A stretch of DNA of 62,896 bases from a virus. Taxonomy: Duplodnaviria > Caudoviricetes. Each line of letters starts with the position of its first letter. Position 1 is the stretch's first letter. Made by a program: the position numbers and the translations under genes. The notes under the pieces are model-generated. The model had not been told where the DNA came from and ran no database searches. It saw only the letters and a list, made by a program, of their open reading frames with translations. The stretch is from IMG/VR virus record IMGVR_UViG_3300041584_000032, positions 1 to 62,896 of that record, one strand, 5' to 3'. Below are positions 28,701 to 38,431 of the stretch, piece by piece.

Positions 28701-30616
28701 TGAGTAACAGGTATATTGACCCTTATACTGTTCTTATTTACAGAATAACCGCAAGGCACATACTCTGCGTTATATGCGCTTACAAGAGCTGTGGTCGCCC
28801 TGTTAAAGCCGTCCATGTACACAATACCTACTTCGTAACCTCTATTGCTATGTAAACTTCTTGGATTTGCGATTTCTTGAAATAAGGCACTTACGAAAAT
28901 TGCTTCGTAGTATTCATAAGCAATTTTTGTTGGTAAAGCTATGTCGTCAACATAAGCCATTGCTAGTAGTTGAAACCCTAAAACACTACTTGATGGAGTT
29001 GTTATTATTTTTATAGGCTGTAAGTTTGTATTTAAGCCACTTATGCCGCTTTCGTATTTTGTAAAATTATTTGGGGAACCACCTAGAGTATTAGGTAACT
29101 GACAATTAAACGAATCTGTAAATGTGTTCCCATTACAAGATGTGTCCTGACCTAAAACTGTCGTAGAGACAGGCAGTATATTTGAAGGTGTTCCAATTGC
29201 ATTTATAAACTGAGGACTTGTTGCCATTTCATAGACAGAAGAATAGCTCGTGGTTAGTAAAAAACTAAATGACAAATTAATATCTTCTGATACTTCATCA
29301 GGAGAAGGAGTGTATCCTGTCCACTGCTTATGAGATATCTGTAAGTCTATTGATATTAAAGAACCTTCATTTAGTTCTATTCCTGTAAAATCAACTGTAA
29401 AAACAGAATCAGACACGCTAAGCCCAATCGCAGTAGGGTCTATATTGTAGATACCATTTTGAGTAGTGTCAGTAAGAACATTGTTGCCAATATCTTGTGC
29501 AATTAAAGATGTTTCGTATTCAATTTTTACAGGATTTCCTAATTTGTCAATTAAATCATATCCCTCAACGTAATTCCCATACATAAGCCTGTTTCCCATA
29601 ATGGTTTGGGCTTGAGCAAGCAATGGAACATTGTCAAACAATCTTAATATTTCAGCATCATTTAAAACGGTAAATATCTTACTATTGTTAAAAGTAAATT
29701 CATATAGTGCGTTATTTGCAAGTCCTAAATCTGTTTTATCTAATTTTTCAATTACCTTAATGATGTTGTTTTCGCTTTGCTTAAAAAGCAAGTCAATACC
29801 AACGACAAGATGCCCGCCTGAATTGTACTCAACTATTACAGAATTAGTAAAATTAGTCATGCCTTCATTTAGCATACTTGTTGGGCTAAACTCAAAAGGA
29901 TTTGGAACAAATGCAGGAGCAGACCACTGTGAAGTAGCAGAGTACTCTCCATCGGCATACCTGTATCTGTAGGCAAAACATATAAACCTTGTTTCTAAAA
30001 AATTCTCTTGACCACTTGTTGTTATTGGACGTATGGTTGGAGACTCTATTGGAGGTCTTTTTATTACTAAAATTGACTCAGGATCTAACTCGTCTACATT
30101 TAAAACAGGGTTAGGGTAGTTTGAGTTTATATTTATAAATCTTGGCTCATTGTAATTGTCTGTAAAAAACAATAAGTCTTGAATTATATTAACCCCTGTA
30201 ATTAAGTATTTAGGGTTAAAGTTTAATGTAGTATTTATATTCCCTCCATCATTTATAGATATAATATGGTAGGTTAGAATCGTGGTTAAAACGTTGAATG
30301 AAGCTATTAAATCAAGCTTATTAGTTACGCCAACAGAGAAAGTAGGGTCGTGAACAAACCAATATAGGGTTTCGTTTGCACTATCTTCAATGGCTCCTAT
30401 ACATCTTGCATTTGGGCTCAAAGGAGTTCCGTCTATGTAAGCCAAGCTTGTAAGGGGTGTGTTACCTTTTGTGTTTTCAATAACCCCAACTTCTGCATTT
30501 TCCGTTGAGCCCATTCTGACATTCATAGCATCAACGTACTCTCCGTCAGGAAGTACTCGTTCATCTATGACTTTATTCATACGCCCCATTAGGAAATTCC
30601 TGCTGATATTTGCCAT
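25739..30616 (-). CDS. tail stabilisation/nozzle protein (P22 gp10-like)
   Basis: GRMNKVIDERVLPDGEYVDAMN, FAYRYRYADGEYS, GNRLMYGNY, YGISFNPES; 1625 aa. Confidence 0.75.
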   Translation of the reverse strand: MANISRNFLMGRMNKVIDERVLPDGEYVDAMNVRMGSTENAEVGVIENTKGNTPLTSLAYIDGTPLSPNARCIGAIEDSANETLYWFVHDPTFSVGVTNKLDLIASFNVLTTILTYHIISINDGGNINTTLNFNPKYLITGVNIIQDLLFFTDNYNEPRFININSNYPNPVLNVDELDPESILVIKRPPIESPTIRPITTSGQENFLETRFICFAYRYRYADGEYSATSQWSAPAFVPNPFEFSPTSMLNEGMTNFTNSVIVEYNSGGHLVVGIDLLFKQSENNIIKVIEKLDKTDLGLANNALYEFTFNNSKIFTVLNDAEILRLFDNVPLLAQAQTIMGNRLMYGNYVEGYDLIDKLGNPVKIEYETSLIAQDIGNNVLTDTTQNGIYNIDPTAIGLSVSDSVFTVDFTGIELNEGSLISIDLQISHKQWTGYTPSPDEVSEDINLSFSFLLTTSYSSVYEMATSPQFINAIGTPSNILPVSTTVLGQDTSCNGNTFTDSFNCQLPNTLGGSPNNFTKYESGISGLNTNLQPIKIITTPSSSVLGFQLLAMAYVDDIALPTKIAYEYYEAIFVSALFQEIANPRSLHSNRGYEVGIVYMDGFNRATTALVSAYNAEYVPCGYSVNKNSIRVNIPVTQRAPRWAKRYRFVIKPDEERYETIYSNLFFINPETNEAWLFLEGENMRKVEEGDRLIVKSDSQGPTLNCVRTTVLEKVSQPSNFIEIPLEGAPTTYLDIPAGLYIKLNPNNFNLTREENSIIAPGQRRRVGSRGQSTILFYPMNVPDPLDPGMFIDYTVPAGSRIQLSIDWNRAGTGKKFCEKRGYLLEKTYISTAEYENMYDWFVGDNIKLTINTGIDKGGNQVNVFVPGLDATPAPEPSNIYFSFFRDLNTNALSLRLTTTNSCTGGNFKYSRSIYVTATITVFRADSLVVLETEPLDALPDVFFENELSFPIDSEGNHGGNVQNQDIINGEPAIVDTGFFNCYSFGNGVESYKIRDSIVGRSFTFGERVTAVAEQDYKEAHRFSDITYSGIYNGESNINRLNQFNSGLLNFKHCEISFGPISLLDGRSTDILVLQEDKISYVLSGKNLLSDSSAGGVITATPEVLGTQIARPEKYGISFNPESYVQWGSDRFFTDAKRGVVIQLKGGETGNQELQVISQPNMRTFFRDSFNETINSQKLGGFDPYMNEYVLSINKESLPDNSQCINCGISQTFTLSTNNEDLKSFTYCVNLGAVVGLTGINWMFLSLEPGAEVNISVLYNGVNTDSGFTGLGGNLSFDKDNVSIDFAAITIQYSGDMEISIVVGCVDSPPMTIVEVVLTNNYQAGETIHTQYRYNDGAFVGPLFSNLVLFETGVTIPLVSRYNTVSGFVGSGGFPPESSTMRLSTNLISPDNFVFDPLVDKFRYFRGTTLFNNTDLDIQALLLVSLQASPNLGLAPSYYADFIVPPNADGEFLYLIWDLRDSVLTSLCFGDTRIDTCCNCQIGDYYLNSSFTTATSIFDDNNLTQVSSNGFYSENGIVRELIDGILLPQQPCQPCSVEVSLCFGTTSVDVCCACDEQCISSYNTYSISNNSANTQVVGFYDENGIYNEISIGSNQSQDICSVGAPTSSNEEVIILFVSCGCITP

Positions 30617-30617
30617 A

Positions 30618-31541
30618 CTATTTTATTATTTTATCCATACCTCTTAGATTCATTAAGAGTCTTCCCGGATGTATGTTGCTTATTCGTATTTTTGCGTTTG
30701 CTAACAAGGCTCTTCTATCTTTTTTAGCCCTAGTAACAATGTATTCTTGAACTCCAAGTTTTGCGTTTAATATCTCATACTTTATAGCTGAATAAATGTA
30801 TTGTTCAAACAATTTATTTACAGTTATACGTGAGTTATCTCCTCCCTCCATTCCGTCAGAAATATACTCAACTATGCACATTTCTCCTGACATACTTGAG
30901 TCAAAATTTATAACACCTGCTTTATTGTCTATTTTAAAAGTAGGGTTGAAATTTGCAGTCTCTGTATTTAGCCCAAATGCAGTGCCTATATGATAATCAA
31001 AATACCACATCCCTTCAAAATTGTAACCTTCAGACCCATGAAATTGATTTGATTGGTTTAAATAGATACTTTTTTTTGTCTTAGTAAGTCTTTCAAAATC
31101 AATGTCTGAATACTCCGGACGAAGTACATTGCCTGATTGGTCAAACAATATGTTTCCAACGTTGTCTTGCAGATAGGCATTAGATGAGATAATTTGAATA
31201 TTCTCAGTCAAAGGTCTTAAAAAACCATCTTTGTATAATGATATTCTAACCCAATTCACATAGTCAGAAGGAAGCACAAATCGCAATGAATCAGAGACGT
31301 TTAGCTCCAATACCTTAACTTCCTTAAACGCATCGTAATTAAGCTCTTGTATCGCTCTCTTTGCGTGAAATAAAACCTTGTATTTTTCCTCATTGTTTAT
31401 TAATGAGTGATTGCCCGAATACATGAGCAAAAAGTTAGTTACAACGTCTTCTAAGCTAACATATTGGTATGACCCCCACATTTCATCTTGCGGTTGGTTT
31501 CCGTTATTTTCATAATACTGATATTGGGATATATAAGCCAT
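30618..31541 (-). CDS. tail tubular/adaptor ring protein
   Basis: Position before the nozzle gene; LPSDYVNWVRIS. Confidence 0.65.
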   Translation of the reverse strand: MAYISQYQYYENNGNQPQDEMWGSYQYVSLEDVVTNFLLMYSGNHSLINNEEKYKVLFHAKRAIQELNYDAFKEVKVLELNVSDSLRFVLPSDYVNWVRISLYKDGFLRPLTENIQIISSNAYLQDNVGNILFDQSGNVLRPEYSDIDFERLTKTKKSIYLNQSNQFHGSEGYNFEGMWYFDYHIGTAFGLNTETANFNPTFKIDNKAGVINFDSSMSGEMCIVEYISDGMEGGDNSRITVNKLFEQYIYSAIKYEILNAKLGVQEYIVTRAKKDRRALLANAKIRISNIHPGRLLMNLRGMDKIIK

Positions 31542-31555
31542 TTAATACGTTTTTA

Positions 31556-32506
31556 TTATTGTTGGATGCTAAATGTAGGTTGTTCTCTTTGCTGTTGGGC
31601 TAGACCAAAATTAGTAACCTCAGGCTCCCTAATGCTTATACCACAATACTCAAGTATCTTTGTGACTAACTTATAGCCATCCTCCTTAGGGAGCTCAAAG
31701 TCCTGATAATCAGCTTGTGATTGGTCGAACATAGGCTCTCCCGTAATTAAATCAACGTAAGTCCATTTAGGAGATTTAGGATGCCTAAAATACACAGCCT
31801 GAACTTGTCCTTTGTTATTTATAGTAGACGGAGAAATCTTTATTTTTTCGCCTTCCAAGGTATATGCAGGATAAATATTAGATGGTCTAGTAAGAAGTGA
31901 GTTGTTTAACAGTGTTATTCTTCCCACACTGACTTTTTCAGCTTCTTTTACTACTGAAGAAAATACCTTGTAATTTTGAGGAGAAACAGTGAATATGTCA
32001 GAGTCTAATGTTATCTGAGTGTTTGATATCACATTTATGACATTTGCTACGGCTCCTGTCGTAATATTGGTAACAATGTCGTCTTGTTTTATGCCGTCTG
32101 ATATAAATGATGCACTAGAATCGACTAGCAAAGAAGGGGTTGTTCCGGTAGAAACTCCTGAAGCTAGTATGTTAGGATAACATAATAATTTAAGCAAATA
32201 ATAAGAATCATTGCCCACGGTTATTAATGTAGGTATAGAAAAAGAACGAGCATCTATTTTCGCCAAGTAATCAGTAACCAAAAACGTTTCTAGTGTTTCA
32301 GCAATTGGGCTTTCAATATCAGCATAATCAGTGCCTGATATTCTTGAATTTTCAAAATTTATTACTTTATTGTAACTGCTATAGTACTCCTCATATATTT
32401 CCATTTGTGCATTTGATGCAAACAAATTAAAATCTGATGGAGAAATATATCCGTAATTGTTTTTATTTAATATAGATAGAACCGCATTTCTGACCTCGTT
32501 TATCAT
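31556..32506 (-). CDS. tail tubular/adaptor ring protein
   Basis: ILNKNNYGYISPSDFNLFA...YFRHPKSPKW; position after the capsid genes. Confidence 0.6.
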   Translation of the reverse strand: MINEVRNAVLSILNKNNYGYISPSDFNLFASNAQMEIYEEYYSSYNKVINFENSRISGTDYADIESPIAETLETFLVTDYLAKIDARSFSIPTLITVGNDSYYLLKLLCYPNILASGVSTGTTPSLLVDSSASFISDGIKQDDIVTNITTGAVANVINVISNTQITLDSDIFTVSPQNYKVFSSVVKEAEKVSVGRITLLNNSLLTRPSNIYPAYTLEGEKIKISPSTINNKGQVQAVYFRHPKSPKWTYVDLITGEPMFDQSQADYQDFELPKEDGYKLVTKILEYCGISIREPEVTNFGLAQQQREQPTFSIQQ

Positions 32507-32520
32507 TTTAGATATTTTTA

Positions 32521-32562
32521 CAAATATAATAAAAAAAGCACAGATTAATTCCGTGCTTTTTT
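32521..32562 (-). terminator. intrinsic terminator abutting a TATATTTG promoter box
   Basis: AAAAAAGCAC...GTGCTTTTTT hairpin at 32532-32562; CAAATATA at 32521-32528. Confidence 0.65.
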
Positions 32563-32590
32563 GTAGTAACTATATCGAATAAAGTTTAAT

Positions 32591-33343
32591 TTATTCAAGA
32601 AGATTAGACTCTAACATCTTTAAAGAGTCAATCCCGTCATCGCTTGAAAGATAACCTCCTGCTATATCGTAAGGGTTTTCTCCGAAGGGTACTGAAACCA
32701 TCTTCTTTTTGTTAGTAGCGGTATTGAACCAAATCTCTTTGTTGTTATTTCTAAGGGATAATAAGCCCTCTTCAAATAACCTTTTTATTTTATCTTGAAA
32801 CTGAAGCTCAGGGTCATTTAAAATATTAAGAAATCCTTTAGGGTCGTTTTTAGCGAACACTAATATATCTCTTCTTAATTCTGAAGTAGATGTTGTTGAT
32901 GGGTCTTTCCCAAACATTACTCTAGTAAGGGTTTCAATCTGTTCTACAGAAAGTTTTCGTGCTTCAATTAAAGCATCAATCTCCATATCTAAGTCAGCGA
33001 CTTGTACATGAGCTTCTTTTTCTCTGTCTATTTCTGAAAATATGTTTCCGTTTAAAGGATGGTAATGCAGAAAAGCTTGTAAAGAAGGGTTTGTTCTAGG
33101 AACAGTTAAAAAACCATCTTCAAAAATGATTGGCTCAAGAATGGCATTGCCGTCTTGCTCATCTTCAAATGGGGATTTTTGATTTATCGCATATCTAAGT
33201 GCGCGATTTTCATTCTTTTTTTCATCATACCACATCAAAGGGAACTTTGGATGGTTTCTTGATGATAATGTGTAAGAAAGTGGACTACCTATAAGTAGCT
33301 TGTAGACTTTACTTGTGGCCGTAGCGGTTTTTGTTGTTGACAT
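32591..33343 (-). CDS. hypothetical protein of the head module
   Basis: 250-aa ORF directly after the capsid gene. Confidence 0.75.
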   Translation of the reverse strand: MSTTKTATATSKVYKLLIGSPLSYTLSSRNHPKFPLMWYDEKKNENRALRYAINQKSPFEDEQDGNAILEPIIFEDGFLTVPRTNPSLQAFLHYHPLNGNIFSEIDREKEAHVQVADLDMEIDALIEARKLSVEQIETLTRVMFGKDPSTTSTSELRRDILVFAKNDPKGFLNILNDPELQFQDKIKRLFEEGLLSLRNNNKEIWFNTATNKKKMVSVPFGENPYDIAGGYLSSDDGIDSLKMLESNLLE

Positions 33344-33383
33344 TTTATAATAATTTAATTTGATTCAATTCGTTAAAAAATAA

Positions 33384-33409
33384 AAAGAGTGTCTTTGAAG
33401 ACACTCTTT
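33384..33409 (-). terminator. terminator hairpin built on the 16-bp palindrome (copy 3, 33389-33404)
   Basis: AAAGAGTGTCTTTGAAGACACTCTTT followed on the minus strand by T-runs, just after the capsid stop. Confidence 0.75.
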
Positions 33410-33425
33410 CCATTCTTATTAAATA

Positions 33426-34844
33426 CTATCCAAAACGGAATAATACAAAGTTGTTTGCACCTAGAGTACACACACAACGCTCAGACAAGAAGTTTACCTC
33501 CATTGCATCTAAGTCAGAAGTTTGAGCTCCACCGGCAGAACCTGTAATCCACGTTTTGTATCTACGGTCTTCAGCTTCTGAAGCACGGTATCTTACGTGT
33601 AAGAAAGGTCTCTTTGCATTTTTACCCATGATTTGATCGTAAACAGATGTAGAACCTGCAGGAACTAAAAGACCTGTGATTGTACCTGCAGCAGTTGCAG
33701 CAGTTTGGTTTAGACCACCACGCATTGTTGGGTCGTTTAGGTATTTCCAATCAGACTTGTAGAAGTCATAACCTCTACGGAATCCTGTAAATCCTAAGTT
33801 AAGAGCCATGTCAACATCGTTGTCAAACAAACCGAAAGATGCAGACTGAGCCACACCACCTGAAGTGTATCCGTTTAATGTTGCTAACATATTGTCGATG
33901 TCAAAAGACAATCCACGGTTAACAAAAATAACGTTCTCCTCAATAGCGCCTTGCTTGTCCAAACGAGAAACGATAGAGTCCCACTCGGTTAGAGATGTTG
34001 GTGTACCACCTCCCCAAACGTTTCCTCTGTCATTCACAACATAAAAGATTCCTTCAGAACCCATCATGCCTGCTGTTTTTGCGCCTGAGCCTGTAGCAGC
34101 AGGAACCGCTTCAATCATTGAGGTCTCTAGGTAGTCCTCAAATCTTAAACGAGTCTCGTGCTCTGACTTTAAGTACCAAAGGTATCCTGTAGCACCGTTT
34201 TCAGTAGTTACTTCAACCCAACCTATTTGAGCCATGTCAGAACCGTTTACAGCGTACTTGTCCTTGATGATAATAGGATTGTTAGAGTAGAAGTCATCTT
34301 CAGCCTCTAAAGAACCAACCATTCCGTTTGTTCCTTTTTTAAATTCAGAACCGTATATAAATACGGTACATACAGCAGCAGCAGCAAAAGTCTGACCGCC
34401 TGCCTCGTAGTAAGCTACTGTGAAAGTAGTTGCCGAAGGAACTGCAGTAACAATAGCCTTGTTAAAGACTCCTGATGCATTGTTCTGAATCATAACAGTC
34501 TGACCTACTCTGATAGCAATGTAAGTAACACCACTGTCAGCTACAGCAATTGTAGCAGTGTTTGCTCCTAACACACCTGCCGAGGTACAAGCTGTATATT
34601 TAATGTGTAATCTTCCTTGCTCTGCCCATTTGATTTGGTCAGAATTAGAAGGCATTTCAGCACCTACCATTCTCAAGAAGGAAGCTACTGTACGATTACC
34701 GTATCGCTCAAATTCTTTCTCGTAAGTATCAGGAAGATACTGATTTAAGAAGTTGAAGTCGGTAATGTAGTTTGTTTGTAACGCTACTTGCTCCGCTGCC
34801 GGTTGTAATGCAAAAGTAGGCGTTGTTTGAATTGAACCTGCCAT
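33426..34844 (-). CDS. major capsid protein
   Basis: 472 aa, follows portal and scaffold, terminator downstream; QYLPDTYEKEFERYGNRT, WAEQGRLH. Confidence 0.85.
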   Translation of the reverse strand: MAGSIQTTPTFALQPAAEQVALQTNYITDFNFLNQYLPDTYEKEFERYGNRTVASFLRMVGAEMPSNSDQIKWAEQGRLHIKYTACTSAGVLGANTATIAVADSGVTYIAIRVGQTVMIQNNASGVFNKAIVTAVPSATTFTVAYYEAGGQTFAAAAVCTVFIYGSEFKKGTNGMVGSLEAEDDFYSNNPIIIKDKYAVNGSDMAQIGWVEVTTENGATGYLWYLKSEHETRLRFEDYLETSMIEAVPAATGSGAKTAGMMGSEGIFYVVNDRGNVWGGGTPTSLTEWDSIVSRLDKQGAIEENVIFVNRGLSFDIDNMLATLNGYTSGGVAQSASFGLFDNDVDMALNLGFTGFRRGYDFYKSDWKYLNDPTMRGGLNQTAATAAGTITGLLVPAGSTSVYDQIMGKNAKRPFLHVRYRASEAEDRRYKTWITGSAGGAQTSDLDAMEVNFLSERCVCTLGANNFVLFRFG

Positions 34845-34864
34845 TTTTTAATTTTTAGTTGTTT

Positions 34865-35950
34865 TTAAATACGTTTTATACTTCGGATTTTTAAGCTTTT
34901 ACCTGAATCAGGGTTAACCGATTTTACCTGTATTCCATCCATTGATTTTGTAATTTGAGGAACTCTGCGGTCAGACATATTTATGTTTTTTATCGCTCGC
35001 ATCGTCCCCTCCGTTGCATCTGATTGACCTTGTTCGTAAAAGAACTTGGCAAACTTCTCAGGATTCATAGCTATAGCCAATGACCTATGATAACCTGCTG
35101 CATCATTCACAAGACCGTCCGAATCCAAAAACTTATTTATAAAGTTTGCAGGAGTCGATTGCATCTTTTTGAGCTCAACAGCATCTCCGGGATTGAAAGT
35201 AATTTTTTTGTCATTAACGTTGAACTCAAAACCTTTAAATTCATTATCAAAAACCTCATCGGACTTTTTATTAAACCAACTCCTTTTTCTTTCATTCTCC
35301 TCATCAACAGTTTTTGACTGCTTAGTATATCGCTTGTAGCTTTCATAGTCTTCTTTTTCATCATCAGAAACAAGTGCAGTGCTTGACTCAAGCGGCACTT
35401 GGTATTTTTCTTTCTCAGAATTAAAAAACTTTCTTGCTTCAGCAACAGCTTTTTTTGTTTCTAACTTTATTCTTCTAATCGCTGACTCATCATCCATGTC
35501 CTCATCATACTTATAGGCTTCCATTAATGTGTCAATATCATCAGAATCTAACCCTTCTTGGGTTGCAGTCAAATAATTTACAAGTAAACTTTCGGGGTTC
35601 ATTGATTCGTAATCTTTTTTAAGACTCACATAATCATCAAAACCTCTCCCTGTTTCTTTTTTATACTTCATAAAAGCAGCAACATCCTCAGGGATTGGCT
35701 CTGCTTCTTTACGTTCTGCCATTAACTCATCAAATGAATCAATACGCTTATTATATCTTTTTTCAAAATAAGAAAGAACTTTTTCTTCTGACAATTCATC
35801 CTCTTGTATAATCACATCAGGAACTACGACAGGATCTATTTGAAGTCCTGCTGAATTTTCTCTCTCATGTTTTTCAAGAAGTTCTTGCTCTAATTGTGCA
35901 GTCCCCTTTTGGTCTCCGTCATCTAGCACTCTTACTTTAATATTTTCCAT
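34865..35950 (-). CDS. capsid scaffolding protein
   Basis: Acidic, helical, between portal and capsid genes. Confidence 0.7.
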   Translation of the reverse strand: MENIKVRVLDDGDQKGTAQLEQELLEKHERENSAGLQIDPVVVPDVIIQEDELSEEKVLSYFEKRYNKRIDSFDELMAERKEAEPIPEDVAAFMKYKKETGRGFDDYVSLKKDYESMNPESLLVNYLTATQEGLDSDDIDTLMEAYKYDEDMDDESAIRRIKLETKKAVAEARKFFNSEKEKYQVPLESSTALVSDDEKEDYESYKRYTKQSKTVDEENERKRSWFNKKSDEVFDNEFKGFEFNVNDKKITFNPGDAVELKKMQSTPANFINKFLDSDGLVNDAAGYHRSLAIAMNPEKFAKFFYEQGQSDATEGTMRAIKNINMSDRRVPQITKSMDGIQVKSVNPDSGKSLKIRSIKRI

Positions 35951-35970
35951 TTGATTTAATTTAATTTTTA

Positions 35971-35978
35971 CAAATCTA
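35971..35978 (-). promoter_or_regulatory. TAnnTTTG -7 promoter box
   Basis: TAGATTTG about 20 nt before the scaffold ATG. Confidence 0.5.
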
Positions 35979-35995
35979 TAACTTTTTTTCTAATT

Positions 35996-38431
35996 TTATC
36001 TTGGGTCAAATTCTGAGAAATCAAATCCATCTAAGCTATCCTCATTAGACTCAAACTTTAATGGCGCTAGATTGTTTTTACGTTGATTTATCAATTTTGA
36101 TTGTTGAGTGTTTTGCAAGCTTATTCTTTCATCTTTTGACTTCTCTCTGTTTTTCTCTCTTTGATTTATCATCTCTGTTTGCATACCATTCATTTGTTGT
36201 GTATATCCAAACTCTTCTGCCATTAAATGAGACTTTAGTTCTGCTTCTACTTGCAATGTTTTAACATTAAACTTGGCATCAACTACTTTTAATTGCATTT
36301 TTATTTGAAATTCCTGCTGAGCCTTTTGCATAGCCATTTTACCTGCCATTTCTTGAGATTGCATTTGTTGCTGAGAAACCATGGCTTGTTGTTGCATCTT
36401 CATTTTCTCTTCTCTTTCTTCCTTGCGTTTTCTTTTTTGCTTAAGCAGTTGATTAGCAAGCTTTAAGTTTTTAATTTCACGAATGTCAATGGCATCTTCA
36501 AGATTAATATCTCCTTTAGAAAGAGCTATTTGGACATTGCTTTCAAGTTGTGCTCTTTGCTCTTCGTCAGGGGCTACCTCAATAAATATAGCAAAATCAT
36601 ATATATAAAGGTCTGCAATATCTCGTAATATAGAGACATTGTACTTGCCTATTTTATTTATAAAGTCTTCCTTGAAGTCAGAGTACTCTAATATATCAGC
36701 TATTCTATAGGTTATTGCTTCGGCTAATGTTTTGTAGATGTATAGACCACCTTGAAGAATATGTCTTGTGGCTGTGTTTGAATTTAATGCCGCTAGTTTT
36801 TGCAATCCAACTAAAGAGTTAGGGTCAGGCATAGAGCCATCTCTAGCTTCGTTTAATCCCGTAACCGTCCTAATCATATCCATGTAATGATTATAGTTTG
36901 CAATGAGCATTTGTGTCTTTCCGGTTCCTGAGCCTGAGCTTAACTGAGTAATTGGAACCCTTGCATTATTAAAGTCTCCGTCTTGAGTGTAGCTTCTACC
37001 TACTACCGAACCTGTTTGAAAGTACAGTCTTAACGCATCCTCAGGATTATAAGCCGCACCATTACCTAGGTCAACTTCGTTTAAACCATCAGCATCTATA
37101 AACACACCATCAGGTACTAACCTATTTATTACTTGTTGTAGTTTTAAATGGGTTATTTGTATAAGGTCAGCAAAAGGTATCATTCTTCTTACTGTAGACT
37201 CTATTGCCCCTTTGTACATACGTGGAGCACAAGCTACATAGTTAGGGATAGCGTGTTGTGAAGATGATTTTGGTCTTACCATGTTTTCAGATAACTCCCA
37301 TTTTAAAAGAATGTTCGTTCCCATAACCATGATCCCCTCATACCAAACGTCAATAGTCTTTTCTATTTTTTCAAACTTACCTTCCTCCATCATTTCGACA
37401 GGCGGGTTAAAACTATCATCTTTCTGAATCATCCTAGAACCTCCGCTATCAAGCGATTTCTTTTTGTAAACTACCTTCTTTGTTGTTTTGTAGTTAAAGT
37501 ACATTAAAGTACATACGTCTCTTGAAAATACGCTGTTCTCATAGAACTGAGCAACATTAAAATAATCATACCAACTTTGACTGTATTGGGTAATTTCCTG
37601 TAACTCTTCTTTGCTTAATGTTTGGTCAATTTTCATTAACTCAGTTATAGCAAGTGTCTTTATTTCTCCCCAATAAAAGCAGTCTTTAAAATATGGGTCT
37701 TCTGTGTAACTATAAACCACGTTTGCAGGGTCAACATAAGATATAACAACTCCTGCTCCTTGAAGGAACTCGTGCTTAGCGATAGAAAGACCTATAACAG
37801 TTGCATCGTAGTCAAGGCGCTTTCGTAATTCATCGTAATGATTTTCATCAAAAATTGTATTTATAGCTGTCTCTTCTGCTATTTCAATTGAAGGCTTGTA
37901 ATTAAGCTGCATATACAATGATAACTCATCATCATCTCCGGGGAGTTCTTCAGGGTTCATCATAAAAGGGTCAACCCCTGACAACTCTTGTATTTGACTA
38001 AGTATCTCTTTTCCTGCTATTTGAGTCTCCATCATGTCTTGATACTTGTTCCTCTTAGATTGAGACATAGCATCTTGAGAATAGGCTTTTGGCTTAAACA
38101 TTCTGTCAGCCATTCCATTTACAATTATATCAACGAACTTTGGGATTATAGGTACAGGAGTCCAATCTAAATTCAAATAAGATAAATCTCCGTTTATAGA
38201 CATTTCATTTTTGTATTTTGCAACAGACTGCTCCCCTCTTGCGTAGAGCCTTAACCTATGAAACTCTCTCCATTGGCTATAGTACCTGCAATTGCTTCCA
38301 TCTTTTCTAAACCACTCGTACTGAATAGATTGTCCTACTTGTAAACCAAACTGCTCAGAAGCCTTTTCTGCATCAGTTGCGAGCTGACTTGGAAATGCTG
38401 AAGATGTAATATCTATAGTTACGTTTTTCAT
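35996..38431 (-). CDS. portal protein
   Basis: 811 aa after the terminase; PVPIIPKFVDI, TVTGLNEARDG, Gln-rich barrel-like C-terminus. Confidence 0.85.
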   Translation of the reverse strand: MKNVTIDITSSAFPSQLATDAEKASEQFGLQVGQSIQYEWFRKDGSNCRYYSQWREFHRLRLYARGEQSVAKYKNEMSINGDLSYLNLDWTPVPIIPKFVDIIVNGMADRMFKPKAYSQDAMSQSKRNKYQDMMETQIAGKEILSQIQELSGVDPFMMNPEELPGDDDELSLYMQLNYKPSIEIAEETAINTIFDENHYDELRKRLDYDATVIGLSIAKHEFLQGAGVVISYVDPANVVYSYTEDPYFKDCFYWGEIKTLAITELMKIDQTLSKEELQEITQYSQSWYDYFNVAQFYENSVFSRDVCTLMYFNYKTTKKVVYKKKSLDSGGSRMIQKDDSFNPPVEMMEEGKFEKIEKTIDVWYEGIMVMGTNILLKWELSENMVRPKSSSQHAIPNYVACAPRMYKGAIESTVRRMIPFADLIQITHLKLQQVINRLVPDGVFIDADGLNEVDLGNGAAYNPEDALRLYFQTGSVVGRSYTQDGDFNNARVPITQLSSGSGTGKTQMLIANYNHYMDMIRTVTGLNEARDGSMPDPNSLVGLQKLAALNSNTATRHILQGGLYIYKTLAEAITYRIADILEYSDFKEDFINKIGKYNVSILRDIADLYIYDFAIFIEVAPDEEQRAQLESNVQIALSKGDINLEDAIDIREIKNLKLANQLLKQKRKRKEEREEKMKMQQQAMVSQQQMQSQEMAGKMAMQKAQQEFQIKMQLKVVDAKFNVKTLQVEAELKSHLMAEEFGYTQQMNGMQTEMINQREKNREKSKDERISLQNTQQSKLINQRKNNLAPLKFESNEDSLDGFDFSEFDPR